DNA from: Planifilum fulgidum | GTDB lineage: Bacteria > Bacillota > Bacilli > Thermoactinomycetales > DSM-44946 | Reading direction: 5' to 3' | NCBI RefSeq assembly: GCF_900113175.1 | Contig: NZ_FOOK01000039.1 | Coordinates: forward strand, 1 to 25,347 | Length of the DNA stretch: 25,347 nt | Shown: piece after piece, positions 24,224-25,347 of the stretch | Numbering within the stretch: the first letter of the stretch is position 1 | Layout of the letters: the number at the start of each line of letters is the position of its first letter | Position numbers and translations under genes: made by a program | The notes under the pieces: generated by a model | The model's input: only the letters and a program-made list of their open reading frames with translations | What the model was told of the DNA's origin: nothing | Database searches by the model: none

Positions 24224-24964
24224 ATGATCCGAGCCTGTTTGTTCGACCTGGACGGCACGCTGTTGCCTTTGGATACGGATCGGTTTATCGAGGTGTATCT
24301 GCGGGAATTGGCTCCCTATGTGGCCCACGTGATTCCGCCGGATCAGCTGATCCCTTCCATCTGGCGGGCGACCAGGGCGATGATCGAAGATGAGGATCCC
24401 GAGAAAACCAACGAAGAGGTGTTTCGGCACCATTTTCTGTCCTTGACCGGTCTCAAAAAGGAGTCGATCTGGCCGCTGTTTGAACAGTTTTACAGGGAGC
24501 GGTTCCCCAGGCTGAAAAAGCACGTTCAGCCCACCGATCTGGCCAGGCAGGTGGTGCAGGCGGCCCTGGATCGGGGGTGCCGCGTGGTGGTCGCCACCAA
24601 CCCGGTGTTCCCGCGGGTGGCCATTCAGGAGCGGATGCGCTGGGCGGGGGTGGATGATCTGCCCTTCGAGTGGGTGACTTATCAGGAGGAGACCCGCTAT
24701 TGCAAGCCCCGGATCGAATATTACCGGGACATCGTCGACCGGGTCGGCCTGAAACCCGAGGAATGCGTGATGATCGGCAACGACATGCAGGAAGACATGG
24801 TGGCTTCCACCCTGGGATTGAGCACCTTTCTCGTGACGGACTTTCGGATCGACCGGGGACATCCCGCCTATTCCGTCGATCAGCAGGGAAGCCTCTCCGA
24901 TCTGCTCCGAGCGATCCGGAACGGGGAGGGCGTGTTTTCCCGGACCCCCGTCCGTCCGGCATGA
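24224..24964 (+). CDS. HAD family (subfamily IA-like) hydrolase
   Basis: LFDLDGTLL is motif I. VATNPVF is a motif II-like Thr/Ser. MIGNDMQEDM is motif IV. RBS GAGGAGG followed by ATG24224. Confidence 0.8.
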   Translation: MIRACLFDLDGTLLPLDTDRFIEVYLRELAPYVAHVIPPDQLIPSIWRATRAMIEDEDPEKTNEEVFRHHFLSLTGLKKESIWPLFEQFYRERFPRLKKHVQPTDLARQVVQAALDRGCRVVVATNPVFPRVAIQERMRWAGVDDLPFEWVTYQEETRYCKPRIEYYRDIVDRVGLKPEECVMIGNDMQEDMVASTLGLSTFLVTDFRIDRGHPAYSVDQQGSLSDLLRAIRNGEGVFSRTPVRPA

Positions 24965-24980
24965 GGCGGGGGTGCGCGCA

Positions 24981-25007
24981 CAAAAAAACGAGCCCGACGG
25001 GGCTCGT
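24981..25007 (-). terminator. rho-independent terminator readable on the minus strand
   Basis: Minus read: ACGAGCCC-CGTC-GGGCTCGT (25007-24988) followed by TTTTTTTG (complement of 24981-24987). It lies 75 nt after the stop (25083) of the IS1182 transposase, or it may be part of the IS terminus. Confidence 0.5.
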
Positions 25008-25023
25008 GAGATTGATGACAAAC

Positions 25024-25057
25024 CCCCTGGCTCTTTTCGCAAGAAAAGCGCCAGGGG
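25024..25057. other. 14-bp interrupted hairpin between the HAD gene and the IS1182 transposase stop
   Basis: CCCCTGGC (25024-25031) pairs with GCCAGGGG (25050-25057). CTTTTC (25033-25038) pairs with GAAAAG (25043-25048). The loop is GCAA. It could be a terminator or an IS terminal structure. Confidence 0.4.
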
Positions 25058-25082
25058 TTGCATGTTTATGGGAAATAAACAG

Positions 25083-25347
25083 ATAAAGGAAATCAGATTT
25101 GGTAAATTAGGCGGATCACAAAGCCTTTTCCTCTCTTCGAGAGGAGCAAGGCCATTTTTTTGATGTTTTGAGCCACGGCAATAAGGAGGCATTGCTCTCT
25201 GACTTTGGCAAGCCCCCTGTAGCGTGCATAACGAAGCCCATGAAGTTCTTTGGCGTCAGCGAAGCTGCGCTCAATGGTCTGACTCCGTCGTTTATACAGT
25301 TGTTTGCCCCTTTCACTTAAACGGTTTTGACGTGCCCACTCTTTTGC
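25083..25347 (-). mobile_element. IS1182-family (IS5-superfamily) DDE transposase, C-terminal portion; gene runs off the right edge
   Basis: Minus-strand translation: AKEWARQNRLSERGKQLYKRRSQTIERSFADAKELHGLRYARYRGLAKVREQCLLIAVAQNIKKMALLLSKRGKGFVIRLIYQI-stop (TGA, complement of 25083-25085). The ...RSQTIERSFADAKELHGLRYARYRGLAKV... block is the conserved C-terminus of IS1182-type transposases. Confidence 0.75.

Noticed and set aside
24188-25192. 334-aa minus-strand ORF
   Set aside because: It is antisense to the HAD hydrolase gene, which carries the DxDGT motif on the + strand.

Overview
The window looks like chromosome from a high-GC (about 60-65%) Bacillales-like Firmicute; the yhbA(queG)-yhbB-cspR(trmL)-type synteny at 19.6-24.1 kb supports this. 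It falls into three compositional blocks.

(1) 1-6.8 kb, moderate GC: the 3' half of a type 1 BREX defence locus, read as pglX remnant, pglZ, brxL. It is damaged as sequenced. An IS630-family transposase (partial, left edge) sits upstream of a truncated pglX C-terminal fragment. brxL has one in-frame TAG at 5064-5066. A DUF91(NucS-like PD-(D/E)XK)/DUF5655 nuclease gene with two frameshifts follows.

(2) About 6.8-11.2 kb, a roughly 40% GC islet: decayed genes (a LigD-like ATP-dependent ligase remnant, a twice-frameshifted thermonuclease lipoprotein, a frameshifted unknown protein) and a solitary CRISPR-repeat-like sequence. The islet ends next to a tRNA 3'-end fragment at 11175-11202.

(3) 11.2-25.0 kb, native GC-rich housekeeping DNA: a multiply frameshifted alpha/beta hydrolase, a Cof phosphatase, an SPFH protein, a GNAT, a family-4 UDG, a B3/4 protein, an ABC-class ATPase, rnhA, queG, ogt, a YhbB-like amidase-domain protein, trmL and a HAD hydrolase. 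A partial IS1182-family transposase lies at the right edge.

I see no intact uncharacterised multi-gene system. The strongest biology is a BREX locus with several independent inactivating lesions, a neighbouring nuclease candidate, and an unusual permuted tRNA-like element at 15.05-15.13 kb.

The many frameshifts (several of them at A-runs) could be real gene decay or indel sequencing errors. Read-level verification would settle this.

Note on the ORF track: it prints M for TTG/GTG starts (seen at 17303-17305 and 9701-9703).
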